Part shown: piece after piece, positions 25,433-33,258 of the stretch
Position numbering within the stretch: position 1 is the stretch's first letter
Layout of the letters: the number at the start of each line of letters is the position of its first letter
From: a virus
Taxonomy: Duplodnaviria > Caudoviricetes
IMG/VR virus record: IMGVR_UViG_3300027808_000052
Location: 1-43,334 of that record
Direction: 5' to 3' (one strand)
DNA: 43,334 nt
Made by a program: the position numbers and the translations under genes
The notes under the pieces: generated by a model
What the model saw: the letters and a program-made list of their open reading frames with translations, nothing else
Told to the model about the DNA's origin: nothing
Database searches by the model: none

Positions 25433-26420
25433 GATACAAGAGCGGGCCAAAGCCCTTGATGATGCGCGGCGTATCCGTATTGTCAAACCAGATCAGGTGG
25501 ACTTTGATAAGTACCTGAAGGCCCACGACCTCGGCCAGAAGATACGCGATGCCGAAGGATTTCTTGAGGAGATGCGGTCTGACTTGATTAACCCAGAGAC
25601 CAAAGTTTGCCAGACCATGCCGTGGACAAAGACCCATGCGGGATTCCAGTTCCGACCCGGCGAGGTGACGGTCTACGCAGGCGGGAATGGTGGGGGCAAG
25701 TCAATGATCACGGGTCAGATTGCATTAGGGCTTGTCAAGCAAAACCAGAAGGTGATGATTGCATCGTTTGAGATGAAACCCAAGCGCACCCTGTATCGAA
25801 TGCTTCGCCAGTTTGCAGGCGAGAACATTGACTCCCCCCGCTACATAGACCGAGAGACATACATCAGAGGCTTGTTGGATCGATTCCAGATGTACAACTA
25901 TGGCAAGTTGTGGCTGTACGACCAGCAAGGAACGGTGACCAGCCAGCAGGTGATTGCTGTGGCCCGTTACAGTGCGATGGAGTTGGGTGTCGGCCACATC
26001 TTTATAGACAGCCTGATGAAGTGTGTGGCCGGGGAAGATGACTACAACGCGCAGAAGTATTTTGTTGATGAGTTGACTGCATTGGCGCGTGATCACAACG
26101 TCCACATCCACTTAGTGCATCACATTCGCAAACTAGCAAATGAAGAGGTCAAGCCAAGCAAGTCAGACCTCAAGGGTAGTGGCTCGATCAGTGATCAGGT
26201 GGACAACGTCCTGCTAGTGTGGCGCAACAAGAAAAAAGAACACGACGCACAGTTGGGTCAAGTCGATCCGATGATTCCTGACGCGATGATGATGTGCGAG
26301 AAGCAAAGGAATGGCGAGTCCGAAGACTGGTACTCGTTTTGGTATCACAAGGACAGCCAGCAGTTTATGGAATTTGACACAAGCGTACCGATGTCGTTTG
26401 ACGCAGGGGGGAGATTTTGA
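25419..26420 (+). CDS. SF4 (DnaB / T7 gp4-like) helicase
   Basis: Walker A GGNGGGKS, SFEM, IFIDSL, HIHLVHH.RK, DLKGSGSI...DNV and KQRNG motifs. Confidence 0.9.
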   Translation: MQTSEIQERAKALDDARRIRIVKPDQVDFDKYLKAHDLGQKIRDAEGFLEEMRSDLINPETKVCQTMPWTKTHAGFQFRPGEVTVYAGGNGGGKSMITGQIALGLVKQNQKVMIASFEMKPKRTLYRMLRQFAGENIDSPRYIDRETYIRGLLDRFQMYNYGKLWLYDQQGTVTSQQVIAVARYSAMELGVGHIFIDSLMKCVAGEDDYNAQKYFVDELTALARDHNVHIHLVHHIRKLANEEVKPSKSDLKGSGSISDQVDNVLLVWRNKKKEHDAQLGQVDPMIPDAMMMCEKQRNGESEDWYSFWYHKDSQQFMEFDTSVPMSFDAGGRF

Positions 26421-26653
26421 ATGAAGAAGGCAAAGGAGAAGATGAGCATCGCCATCGCTGTCTCGTTCGGTGGGTCATTAAAAAAAGACTACAAGATCGT
26501 GACGGTGCTTACAAGTGGCTCAACGGCCGCCGTGACCACTTGGGGCAATACAAAAAGGGATGGAACGAACTACATCCCAAGTCGCGTCTTGAGGCAGATG
26601 TTCGAGAACAGTGGACAAAGGGTAATCGAGGAAACGAAGGAGAGTGGAAATGA
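26417..26653 (+). CDS. Hypothetical phage protein (78 aa)
   Basis: Overlaps the helicase stop; EHRHRCLVRW...LE.DV.EQW.KGNRG. Confidence 0.6.
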   Translation: MNEEGKGEDEHRHRCLVRWVIKKRLQDRDGAYKWLNGRRDHLGQYKKGWNELHPKSRLEADVREQWTKGNRGNEGEWK

Positions 26654-26859
26654 ATATATTTGAGCAGGGCAAGACCCTCTACACACAGAATGAATTCAAT
26701 GATGCGTTGACCGAAGCGAAAGCGGAGATCATGGCGGTTGCAATTCAGACCACAAAGCAGGCGCTTGTTATTGAGCGCAATGCCTGTGCTGACCTTGCGT
26801 TGCAGTGGAGCCAAGAAGAATTGTCAGAGGCCATACGCCATCGCATGAGGCCACAATGA
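26650..26859 (+). CDS. Hypothetical protein
   Basis: ATGA-coupled at both ends; ER.ACA.L motif. Confidence 0.6.
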   Translation: MNIFEQGKTLYTQNEFNDALTEAKAEIMAVAIQTTKQALVIERNACADLALQWSQEELSEAIRHRMRPQ

Positions 26860-27203
26860 TTGAGATCACACTACCTTGGCCTCCTACGGTCAACAGTTAT
26901 TGGCGCAACTTCAATGGTCGCACCATCATCAGTGCAAAGGGGCGCGAGTACCGCAAGGCAGTCGCTGACCAAGTGCTGATACAACGAGCCGCCAAGCACA
27001 TCGACCACGCAGTCAAGGTGGAGATTAAAGCGTACCGCCCAGACCGCCGCCGTCGTGATCTAGACAACATTTTGAAGGCTTTGCTTGACTCCATGACCCA
27101 CGCTGGCGTGATGGAGGACGACGCCTTGATTGAAGACTTGCGCGTGTTTTGGGCAAAAGAAGTTGGCGGCATGGTCAAAGTAACGATAGAGGGATTGGAA
27201 TGA
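26856..27203 (+). CDS. rusA: RusA-like Holliday junction resolvase
   Basis: LPWPPTVNSYWR, PDRRRRDLDNILKALLDSM and DD..I motifs. Confidence 0.92.
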   Translation: MIEITLPWPPTVNSYWRNFNGRTIISAKGREYRKAVADQVLIQRAAKHIDHAVKVEIKAYRPDRRRRDLDNILKALLDSMTHAGVMEDDALIEDLRVFWAKEVGGMVKVTIEGLE

Positions 27204-27358
27204 AAACAGAACCAGAACTGATTGACATCTTTGCGTTGTTTGCCATGCAGGCAATTTTGGAGACAGCAAAGAAGGGCGTGTTCCCGCATGACATTGCGCG
27301 ATCCGCATACGAGTTTGCAGAAGCAATGATGGAGGAAAGGGACAACTATGTTGAGTGA
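27200..27358 (+). CDS. Small hypothetical protein (52 aa)
   Basis: D.FA..AMQA....IA..AY..A.AM..ER motif common in phages; ATGA overlap. Confidence 0.65.
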   Translation: MKTEPELIDIFALFAMQAILETAKKGVFPHDIARSAYEFAEAMMEERDNYVE

Positions 27359-27470
27359 TCTTTTTAATATTTTGATGATTGCGTTGATGCTAACTGGCGC
27401 GTTGTGTTGGGTCAGCGCAATTTTGTTGGGTTGTTATTTTTGGGCTTGTAAACCGAAAAGGATGAAATAA
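27348..27470 (+). CDS. Small membrane peptide (40 aa), absent from the ORF track
   Basis: MLSDLFNILMIALMLTGALCWVSAILLGCYFWACKPKRMK; hydrophobic with a basic tail. Confidence 0.55.
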   Translation: MLSDLFNILMIALMLTGALCWVSAILLGCYFWACKPKRMK

Positions 27471-27608
27471 ATGTTTGAATCATTTGAAGATTTCTTCTGG
27501 ACATTCATGGCAATGAGTGGCTTCATGTTTTGGATTTGCTTTGTGGTGTTCGTAATTTTGGTCATCAAGCGCAAGCGTAAAAAACAAGGGGGCATTTATG
27601 AGTTATGA
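27471..27608 (+). CDS. Small membrane peptide (45 aa), absent from the ORF track
   Basis: MFESFEDFFWTFMAMSGFMFWICFVVFVILVIKRKRKKQGGIYEL; abuts the upstream stop. Confidence 0.6.
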   Translation: MFESFEDFFWTFMAMSGFMFWICFVVFVILVIKRKRKKQGGIYEL

Positions 27609-27933
27609 GGAGAGAGACCCGCACAAGGCGGTGGACTACATTCTAAAAAACGCCGCGCTCTTTGCTCGTGCGAAGGCCGAGCGCACATACATCGAGCATT
27701 ACCGTAAGAGTCTGAAGGGAATACTTATGAAGCGGTCGATGGAGACTGCCATCGGAGCGCAGGAGCGCGAAGCATATGCCCACCCAGAGATGATTGCCCT
27801 GCTGGATGGATTGAAGGCGGCAACCGAAGTTGAGGAGCGGCTTAAATGGGACATCACTGCGGCTACTTTGCGTGTGGAAATATGGCGCACCGAGCAGGCA
27901 AACAATCGGGCTGAAGGAAAGGCCACGCTATGA
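27598..27933 (+). CDS. Hypothetical coiled-coil phage protein (111 aa)
   Basis: A.AKA.R.Y.E..RKS...AQEREAYAHPE...WRT.QAN.R pattern; operon packing. Confidence 0.7.
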   Translation: MSYEERDPHKAVDYILKNAALFARAKAERTYIEHYRKSLKGILMKRSMETAIGAQEREAYAHPEMIALLDGLKAATEVEERLKWDITAATLRVEIWRTEQANNRAEGKATL

Positions 27934-28082
27934 ACCAAGGCATTGTGATGCACGCGACGGGCTGGTTCCTCGTGTTGCTGGATGGCTGGGTGATGCACAC
28001 GCACTGGGTGGCCGCACTTGGTTTTGTTCTTTTAATTTATTCAACATGGAGTATTTGCATAAAAACTGACAAAAACAAATGA
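27930..28082 (+). CDS. Small two-TM membrane protein (50 aa), absent from the ORF track
   Basis: MNQGIVMHATGWFLVLLDGWVMHTHWVAALGFVLLIYSTWSICIKTDKNK; ATGA overlaps at both ends. Confidence 0.6.
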   Translation: MNQGIVMHATGWFLVLLDGWVMHTHWVAALGFVLLIYSTWSICIKTDKNK

Positions 28083-28276
28083 AATGCCCCCATTGCAACG
28101 CGGTCACAGATGTCAAAGACACGCGCATAGTCAAGAACCAAGTCGTGCGCAAGCGCGAATGTTTCAACGGTCACAAATTTAAAACACTGGAACGACATGA
28201 CGACACTGAAGGAAAAAAAGCACATGAGCGCGGTGGCCGATTTGGGTTGCGCGGTATGCAGGAGGATGGGCTATGA
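28079..28276 (+). CDS. Zinc-ribbon protein (like the NrdR N-terminal ribbon)
   Basis: MKCPHC...T.V.DTR......R.REC..GH.F.T.E. Confidence 0.7.
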   Translation: MKCPHCNAVTDVKDTRIVKNQVVRKRECFNGHKFKTLERHDDTEGKKAHERGGRFGLRGMQEDGL

Positions 28277-28487
28277 GGGCACGCCAGCAGAACTGCATCA
28301 TCCAAGGCGATTGGCGGGGGGCTGGGGGCGTTCCAGCCACTTCAGTGTCATACCGCTATGCCCAGAGCATCATCGCGGCTCTACGGGCCTCCACGGCCTT
28401 GGTACGCGGGGTTTTGAGAAGCACTACGGCTACGACGAGGCGGCTCTGCTGGCCGACACCCTCAAATTGCTTGGTGTTGTTAAATAG
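28197..28487 (+). CDS. Ref/DUF968-like HNH-type zinc nuclease
   Basis: CAVC...ELHH...VIPLC.EHHRG..G.HG.G...FE..YG. Confidence 0.7.
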   Translation: MTTLKEKKHMSAVADLGCAVCRRMGYEGTPAELHHPRRLAGGWGRSSHFSVIPLCPEHHRGSTGLHGLGTRGFEKHYGYDEAALLADTLKLLGVVK

Positions 28488-28493
28488 CAACAT

Positions 28494-28556
28494 TAGGGTA
28501 TGTCCCTATAAAAATAAGTTGCAAAGGTGAAATTTGGAGTTACACTACCATCACTG
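28494..28556 (+). promoter_or_regulatory. Promoter copy 1 with upstream inverted repeat
   Basis: TAGGG-TATGT-CCCTA, 10 nt, TTGCAA-16-TACACT, then ACCATCACTG. Confidence 0.7.
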
Positions 28557-28601
28557 ACCAAGCAATACCGCAAGTCAGAACCAGCGAACAGAAAGCGAAT
28601 T

Positions 28602-28886
28602 ATGAACAACGATCTCAACCTCAACAACATTGACACTCTTGGTTCTTTGTTGGCTCAAATCAAAGACCTCACAACCCAAGCCGAGGCCATCAAAGATGCC
28701 ATCAAAGAGTCCGCCAGCGCAGGCGGTGCCAAGGTCGTAGAGGGTGCGCTCTTTAAGGCCACCTACATCGAGAGCAATCGCTCTGTGTTCGACAAGGACG
28801 CATTCATCAAAGTACACGGCGCAGAAGCATATGCCGCCTTCACCAAGGTCTCCGCCGTGTTCTCCGTCAAGGTCACATCACGTTAA
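28602..28886 (+). CDS. Hypothetical protein (94 aa)
   Basis: First ATG downstream of promoter copy 1; phage-like codon use. Confidence 0.7.
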   Translation: MNNDLNLNNIDTLGSLLAQIKDLTTQAEAIKDAIKESASAGGAKVVEGALFKATYIESNRSVFDKDAFIKVHGAEAYAAFTKVSAVFSVKVTSR

Positions 28887-28893
28887 TCAACCC

Positions 28894-28907
28894 GCCCCTT
28901 CGGGGGC
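28894..28907 (+). other. cUUCGg tetraloop hairpin (RNA stability or processing element)
   Basis: Intergenic GCCCC-TTCG-GGGGC with no U tract. Confidence 0.6.
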
Positions 28908-28926
28908 ATAAAGCGAAGGAAAAGCG

Positions 28927-29220
28927 ATGAAATTCCAAAACACATTTTGCTCCCAGTGCGGCGGCGAGTTTGGCCCCGGTGATCATGGCTACAGCCATTG
29001 CCGCGACCACCAACGTCAGCAAACTGCAAGCATTGGAGTACACAGCATGAGCGAGACCACTATGAGCGAACACATAAAGGGCTTTGACGCTGGCTATGCG
29101 TATGTCCTTACCGAGATCGAGCAGTGGATCAAGCGTGAGGCGCACGACCCCCAGCGCATTGCCGCCGTGCTGTCCCTGCTGGCCCATCTGAAAATGGAGC
29201 AGGGTAGGGAAAACACCTAG
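28927..29220 (+). CDS. Hypothetical protein with N-terminal CxxC...HCxxH
   Basis: CSQCGGEFGPGDHGYSHCRDH; AAGGA upstream. Confidence 0.6.
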   Translation: MKFQNTFCSQCGGEFGPGDHGYSHCRDHQRQQTASIGVHSMSETTMSEHIKGFDAGYAYVLTEIEQWIKREAHDPQRIAAVLSLLAHLKMEQGRENT

Positions 29221-29267
29221 AAGAAAGTGTTGACATGGTGAAATACAGTGTTACACTATCATCACTG
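29205..29267 (+). promoter_or_regulatory. Promoter copy 2 with upstream inverted repeat
   Basis: TAGGG-AAAAC-ACCTA, 10 nt, TTGACA-16-TACACT, then ATCATCACTG; colinear with copy 1. Confidence 0.75.
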
Positions 29268-29299
29268 CAATCAAGCAGGCAACAGCGAAGGAAAGCGAA

Positions 29300-30109
29300 A
29301 TGACACACCCATTTGAAAAAGCAGGACTCGGAACAGCGCCATTCTCTTGCACGCACGTTAGCGAAAACGTGTTTGCCTTGCCAGACGGCACCAGCAAGGC
29401 TGGCGGTTGCTGTGATTATTGCGGCACCGGTATCCGTTGGGAGTTCTGGATCAAAGGCTCCATCGCTGGCGCACGCCAGTTCAAGGTGGGTTGCGATTGC
29501 GTTGCCAAGACTGGCTGGGGCATCGACCGCTTTTTGGAAGTACGCGCCGCTCACACCCGCGCACGCCGTCAGGCTGGTGCCACAAAGCGCCGCGAGGCAC
29601 GCAAAGCCCAGATCGAGGCAGAACGCGCTCAGAGAGCCGCTGACCGTCAAGAGGCTACCCAAGCATGGCGCGACGCCAACAGCGCCTTGGTGGCCCGTTT
29701 GGCCGCATACAAGGGCACCAATGAGTTCCTGCTCAGTTCTATCGCCAACCTCGCCTATTGGGGCAACTTATCCGCCCGCCAAGTTGAGGCTGTAGAGTCC
29801 TGCTTCGCGGTGATCGACCGCCTTGAGGCCGCACGGGCCAACAGCCAGCACATCGGCGCGGTGGGTGACAAGGTCACCCTGACCATTACCGTCGAGCGCA
29901 TCATTGTTTTACATTCTGAGTTCTACGGCAACAATTACATCACCATCGCCCGCGACGAGGCAGGCAATGCCATCACCTATAAGGGCAAGTCCAGCATCGG
30001 CGGCAAGGGTGACACCAACACCATCAAGGCCAGCATCAAAGAACACACCGTATACAACGGCGTGAAGCAGACCGTTATCCAGCGCCCTAAAGTTCTTGAA
30101 ACCGTTTAA
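29300..30109 (+). CDS. Hypothetical protein (269 aa): Zn-binding N-terminus, helical linker, OB-fold-like C-terminus
   Basis: CDYCG..I...F.VGCDC; S.HIG.VG.K.T....V...G....Y...D..GN...K.H..Y.G.KQT...R.K. Confidence 0.65.
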   Translation: MTHPFEKAGLGTAPFSCTHVSENVFALPDGTSKAGGCCDYCGTGIRWEFWIKGSIAGARQFKVGCDCVAKTGWGIDRFLEVRAAHTRARRQAGATKRREARKAQIEAERAQRAADRQEATQAWRDANSALVARLAAYKGTNEFLLSSIANLAYWGNLSARQVEAVESCFAVIDRLEAARANSQHIGAVGDKVTLTITVERIIVLHSEFYGNNYITIARDEAGNAITYKGKSSIGGKGDTNTIKASIKEHTVYNGVKQTVIQRPKVLETV

Positions 30110-30119
30110 GGAGATCACC

Positions 30120-30371
30120 ATGACCTACATTGCAGAAATTGAAACCCGCGTCGCAGGCATTCCCTGCGTGATCGGTGTCGTTGACTACATCAGCGTGGCT
30201 GGCTCCTACAGCCAGAACGCGGCCAGCGACTGGGACTACCACGGCTACAGCGAGATCGACTGGGTGGTGTGTGACCGCCGTGGCCGTCCTGCCCCTTGGC
30301 TGGAAAAGAAGATGACCAGTAAGGACGAGTCCCGCATTGAGCGCGAGATTGCCAAGTACATGAACGACTAA
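30120..30371 (+). CDS. Hypothetical protein (83 aa)
   Basis: AAGGAG RBS; GIPC.IGV...SD.DY.GY...DRRGR.A.WLE.K. Confidence 0.7.
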   Translation: MTYIAEIETRVAGIPCVIGVVDYISVAGSYSQNAASDWDYHGYSEIDWVVCDRRGRPAPWLEKKMTSKDESRIEREIAKYMND

Positions 30372-30404
30372 CCCAATCAATAACCAACTGAAAGCGAATC
30401 GATT

Positions 30405-30599
30405 ATGACAAACGAAATTGACATCACCATCTACACAGAAGACCAGTCCCGTGTTTCTATTGCTGAGTGGGACGACGGTGGCGCGTGGCTCAAGATTGGC
30501 GTGAAGAGCGGCGGTGCATACACAACCTTGACCCGCGAGGAAGCCCAGCAGTTGTTGGCTGGCCTGCAAGCCATCTTGGCAAAAGAGGTGACAGCATGA
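30405..30599 (+). CDS. Hypothetical protein (64 aa)
   Basis: Operon packing; ATGA-coupled downstream. Confidence 0.6.
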   Translation: MTNEIDITIYTEDQSRVSIAEWDDGGAWLKIGVKSGGAYTTLTREEAQQLLAGLQAILAKEVTA

Positions 30600-30727
30600 C
30601 TGATACACAAATTCTGGTGATGCTGGGCACCATTTGGGTTGCCCCTCATGCCCGTGGTTGGTACGGCCAAACCATCGGTTGCATCATCTTGATCGTGGCC
30701 GCTTGCAAAGGACTGGGGTGGATATGA
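30596..30727 (+). CDS. Small membrane protein (43 aa)
   Basis: GAGGTG RBS, ATGA overlaps, hydrophobic sequence. Confidence 0.55.
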   Translation: MTDTQILVMLGTIWVAPHARGWYGQTIGCIILIVAACKGLGWI

Positions 30728-30942
30728 ACAAGCAGGAGATTGACGACATGATGAAAGACCTTCCAAGCCAACAATTACCAGAGGAGACCGTGTTGCAAAA
30801 GTTTATTATTGGTATAATGATGATAGCGTTTTTGATGTTCTGGATGTGGGTGCCAGACTTCACGCTGGATGAGGAAGACTGCATGAAGCAGGAGTCCAGC
30901 GCGTATGTCAAGAACCTGTGTAAGGAATCGAAAGCGAAATAA
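30724..30942 (+). CDS. Small single-TM protein (72 aa)
   Basis: MNKQEIDD... with TM segment FIIGIMMIAFLMFWMWV; ATGA overlap. Confidence 0.55.
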   Translation: MNKQEIDDMMKDLPSQQLPEETVLQKFIIGIMMIAFLMFWMWVPDFTLDEEDCMKQESSAYVKNLCKESKAK

Positions 30943-31126
30943 AACCGAGTCGGTTCTTGGCCTCAAAGGCCGAGGCCGACAACATCATCTGGCCTTAGAG
31001 GTCGTTGATGTAGGTGAGACAAGGCAATGGCCTTGATTGGTATTCCTATGCCTAAAGCATAGACTGGCGAACCATAAGCGAATCGATTACACTGCGATCA
31101 ATTCGACACTATGGGGAATATGGGTC

Positions 31127-31738
31127 ATGCCAGAAACACCGAAGGGGCCAAAGAGGCCCGCAAAGAACACTAGAGCGGCACAGGAGGCCGCAAAAGCCAT
31201 TGGGAAGGCCAAGGTAGCCTCGAAGGCTTCAAAGGCTCCTACGCCCGCAAATAAACCCAAGCCAACACCACGCAGAGTATTCGACCAGCGTATAGCAGAC
31301 ATGATCTGCATAGGACTGAGTGAGGGAATGAGCCTGCGCCAGATACTGAAGGCTGATACGACTGGAGTGCTTCCTGCGCAGAGTACGGTGTACGACTGGT
31401 TGTTGCGCCAGCCTGCCTTCGCGGAGCAATACGCCCGCGCAAGAGAGGAGCAGGCCGACACCAACGCTGATGAAATCTTGGAGATTGCCGACGAGATGCC
31501 GCCCAAGTTCACAGACGACAAGGGGCGTGTTTACCTCGACCAAACCTACATCCTGTGGCAGAAGCAACGCATCGAGGCCCGCAAGTGGACGGCCATGAAG
31601 TTGAAGCCCAAGAAGTACGGCGACAAGTTGGCGCTGGGTGGTGATGCTGACGCCCCGCCTATCAAAACAGAGGAAACATCGTCTAGCCGCCTGTTTGACA
31701 TCATCCGCAACCTTGAGATGACCAAGCGTGCTGGCTAA
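31127..31738 (+). CDS. terS: Terminase small subunit
   Basis: IC..LSEG.SLR.I...P..STV..WL...F.EQYARARE.QAD...DEI.EIAD...RI.ARKW...KL.PKKYGDK; upstream of terL. Confidence 0.88.
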   Translation: MPETPKGPKRPAKNTRAAQEAAKAIGKAKVASKASKAPTPANKPKPTPRRVFDQRIADMICIGLSEGMSLRQILKADTTGVLPAQSTVYDWLLRQPAFAEQYARAREEQADTNADEILEIADEMPPKFTDDKGRVYLDQTYILWQKQRIEARKWTAMKLKPKKYGDKLALGGDADAPPIKTEETSSSRLFDIIRNLEMTKRAG

Positions 31739-31825
31739 AAAGCCTTCCACCACCTACGGGTTAACCCTTGCTTTCGGGCCTATTGGTGCCAGAAAACACG
31801 GGCTGAGACCAAAAGGTGCCACGTT

Positions 31826-33250
31826 ATGTTAAGTTCTCTCCTCGACGAGGAAACCGCCGCCGAGTTTGACTCATGGGAAGAGCATGACCGCATCGCCCTG
31901 ATTGCCCATGCCAACTGGGTGTCAGGTGCCCACAAGTATCAGATACCGCCACCATTAGAGCAGGACTACACCGTCTGGATGATGCTTGCGGGTAGGGGTG
32001 CCGGGAAGACCCGCAGTGCCGCCGAGGCGTTGTGGTGGTGGGCATGGACGCACCCTGACACCATGTCTATCGTGGTGGCACCCACCAGCAACGACTTGAA
32101 GTTCACCTGCTACGAGGGGCCAAGCGGCTTGCTGGCGTGCATCCCCAAGGAACTGGTGGTGGACTACAACAAGCAGGATCACCTGATCAGGCTATCGAAC
32201 GGCTCCAAGATCAGGGGGGTGTCTGCTGACAGTTACGAGCGCCTGCGGGGTATCAACTCCAGTTTCGTCTGGTGCGACGAACTGGCCGCGTTCCAGTACA
32301 TCCAAGAGGCTTGGGACATGATGGTCATGGGCCTGCGCATCAAACCAGACAAGAAGGCGCACAGCCAGCCCCGCGTCATTGTGACCACGACACCGAGGCC
32401 GAAGGACTTGATCCTCGACCTAGTCGGCAGGGAGGGTGACGACGTAGTGATCGACCGCGCCACAACATATGAGAACGCCGCCAACCTAGCCCCCACCTTC
32501 AGGCGGCAACTGGAACAGTACAAGGGGAGCAAACTCTACGAGCAGGAGGTGATGGGTGCCTTGGTCGATCTTGAGGACGGCAAGGTGGTGTCCCGCGATA
32601 TGTTCAAACTGTGGCCGGGGCACAAGCCCTTCCCCAAGTTCGAGTACATCGTCCAGTCCTATGACTGCGCCTTCTCAGAGAAGGAACACAACGACCCGAC
32701 GGCCATGACCACATGGGGCGTGTTCAAGCCCCTAGACGGGCCTATGAGCGTGCTTCTGATCGATTGCTGGGCTGAACACCTATCCTTCCCTAAACTCAAG
32801 CCCAAGGTCATTGAGGAGTGGCGTGTGTCGTATGGTGAAGGGCGCGACGCCAAGCGGCCAGACCTGATCCTCGTGGAGGACAAAGCCGCAGGCATATCCC
32901 TGATCCAAGAGTTGCGCTATGCCCACCTACCCGTGCGTGCCTACAACCCCGGCAGGGCTGACAAGATGCAGAGGCTCCAGATCACCGCGTCGATCTTCGC
33001 GACTGGCCGCGTCTGGTTGCCTGAGTCCGACACCCACAAGGGCTATGTCAGGAGTTGGGCCGAGGGCTTCCTGTCCCAGATATGCGCGTTCCCTGATGCG
33101 GCACACGACGACTATGTCGATAGCGCAACGCAAGCGATTCGGTTACTCAAAGACATGAACTGGCTCGACATCAATCCCGAACCCCCTGATAATGACGACG
33201 ATTATCTGGAGTTCACCCAACCGAAGCGGGTGAACCCGTATTCTGTTTAA
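31826..33250 (+). CDS. terL: Terminase large subunit
   Basis: AGRGAGKT Walker A, WCDELAA Walker B, TTTP, and nuclease motifs SYDCA, VEDKAAG, HDDYVDS. Confidence 0.95.
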   Translation: MLSSLLDEETAAEFDSWEEHDRIALIAHANWVSGAHKYQIPPPLEQDYTVWMMLAGRGAGKTRSAAEALWWWAWTHPDTMSIVVAPTSNDLKFTCYEGPSGLLACIPKELVVDYNKQDHLIRLSNGSKIRGVSADSYERLRGINSSFVWCDELAAFQYIQEAWDMMVMGLRIKPDKKAHSQPRVIVTTTPRPKDLILDLVGREGDDVVIDRATTYENAANLAPTFRRQLEQYKGSKLYEQEVMGALVDLEDGKVVSRDMFKLWPGHKPFPKFEYIVQSYDCAFSEKEHNDPTAMTTWGVFKPLDGPMSVLLIDCWAEHLSFPKLKPKVIEEWRVSYGEGRDAKRPDLILVEDKAAGISLIQELRYAHLPVRAYNPGRADKMQRLQITASIFATGRVWLPESDTHKGYVRSWAEGFLSQICAFPDAAHDDYVDSATQAIRLLKDMNWLDINPEPPDNDDDYLEFTQPKRVNPYSV

Positions 33251-33258
33251 GGAGCAAC

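Noticed and set aside
30949-31062. Hairpin cluster as a tRNA gene
   Set aside because: No enclosing acceptor stem, T-loop consensus or CCA end on either strand.
31728-31832. Possible 34-codon GTG ORF between terS and terL
   Set aside because: Short, no clear RBS or motif; cannot be told from chance.
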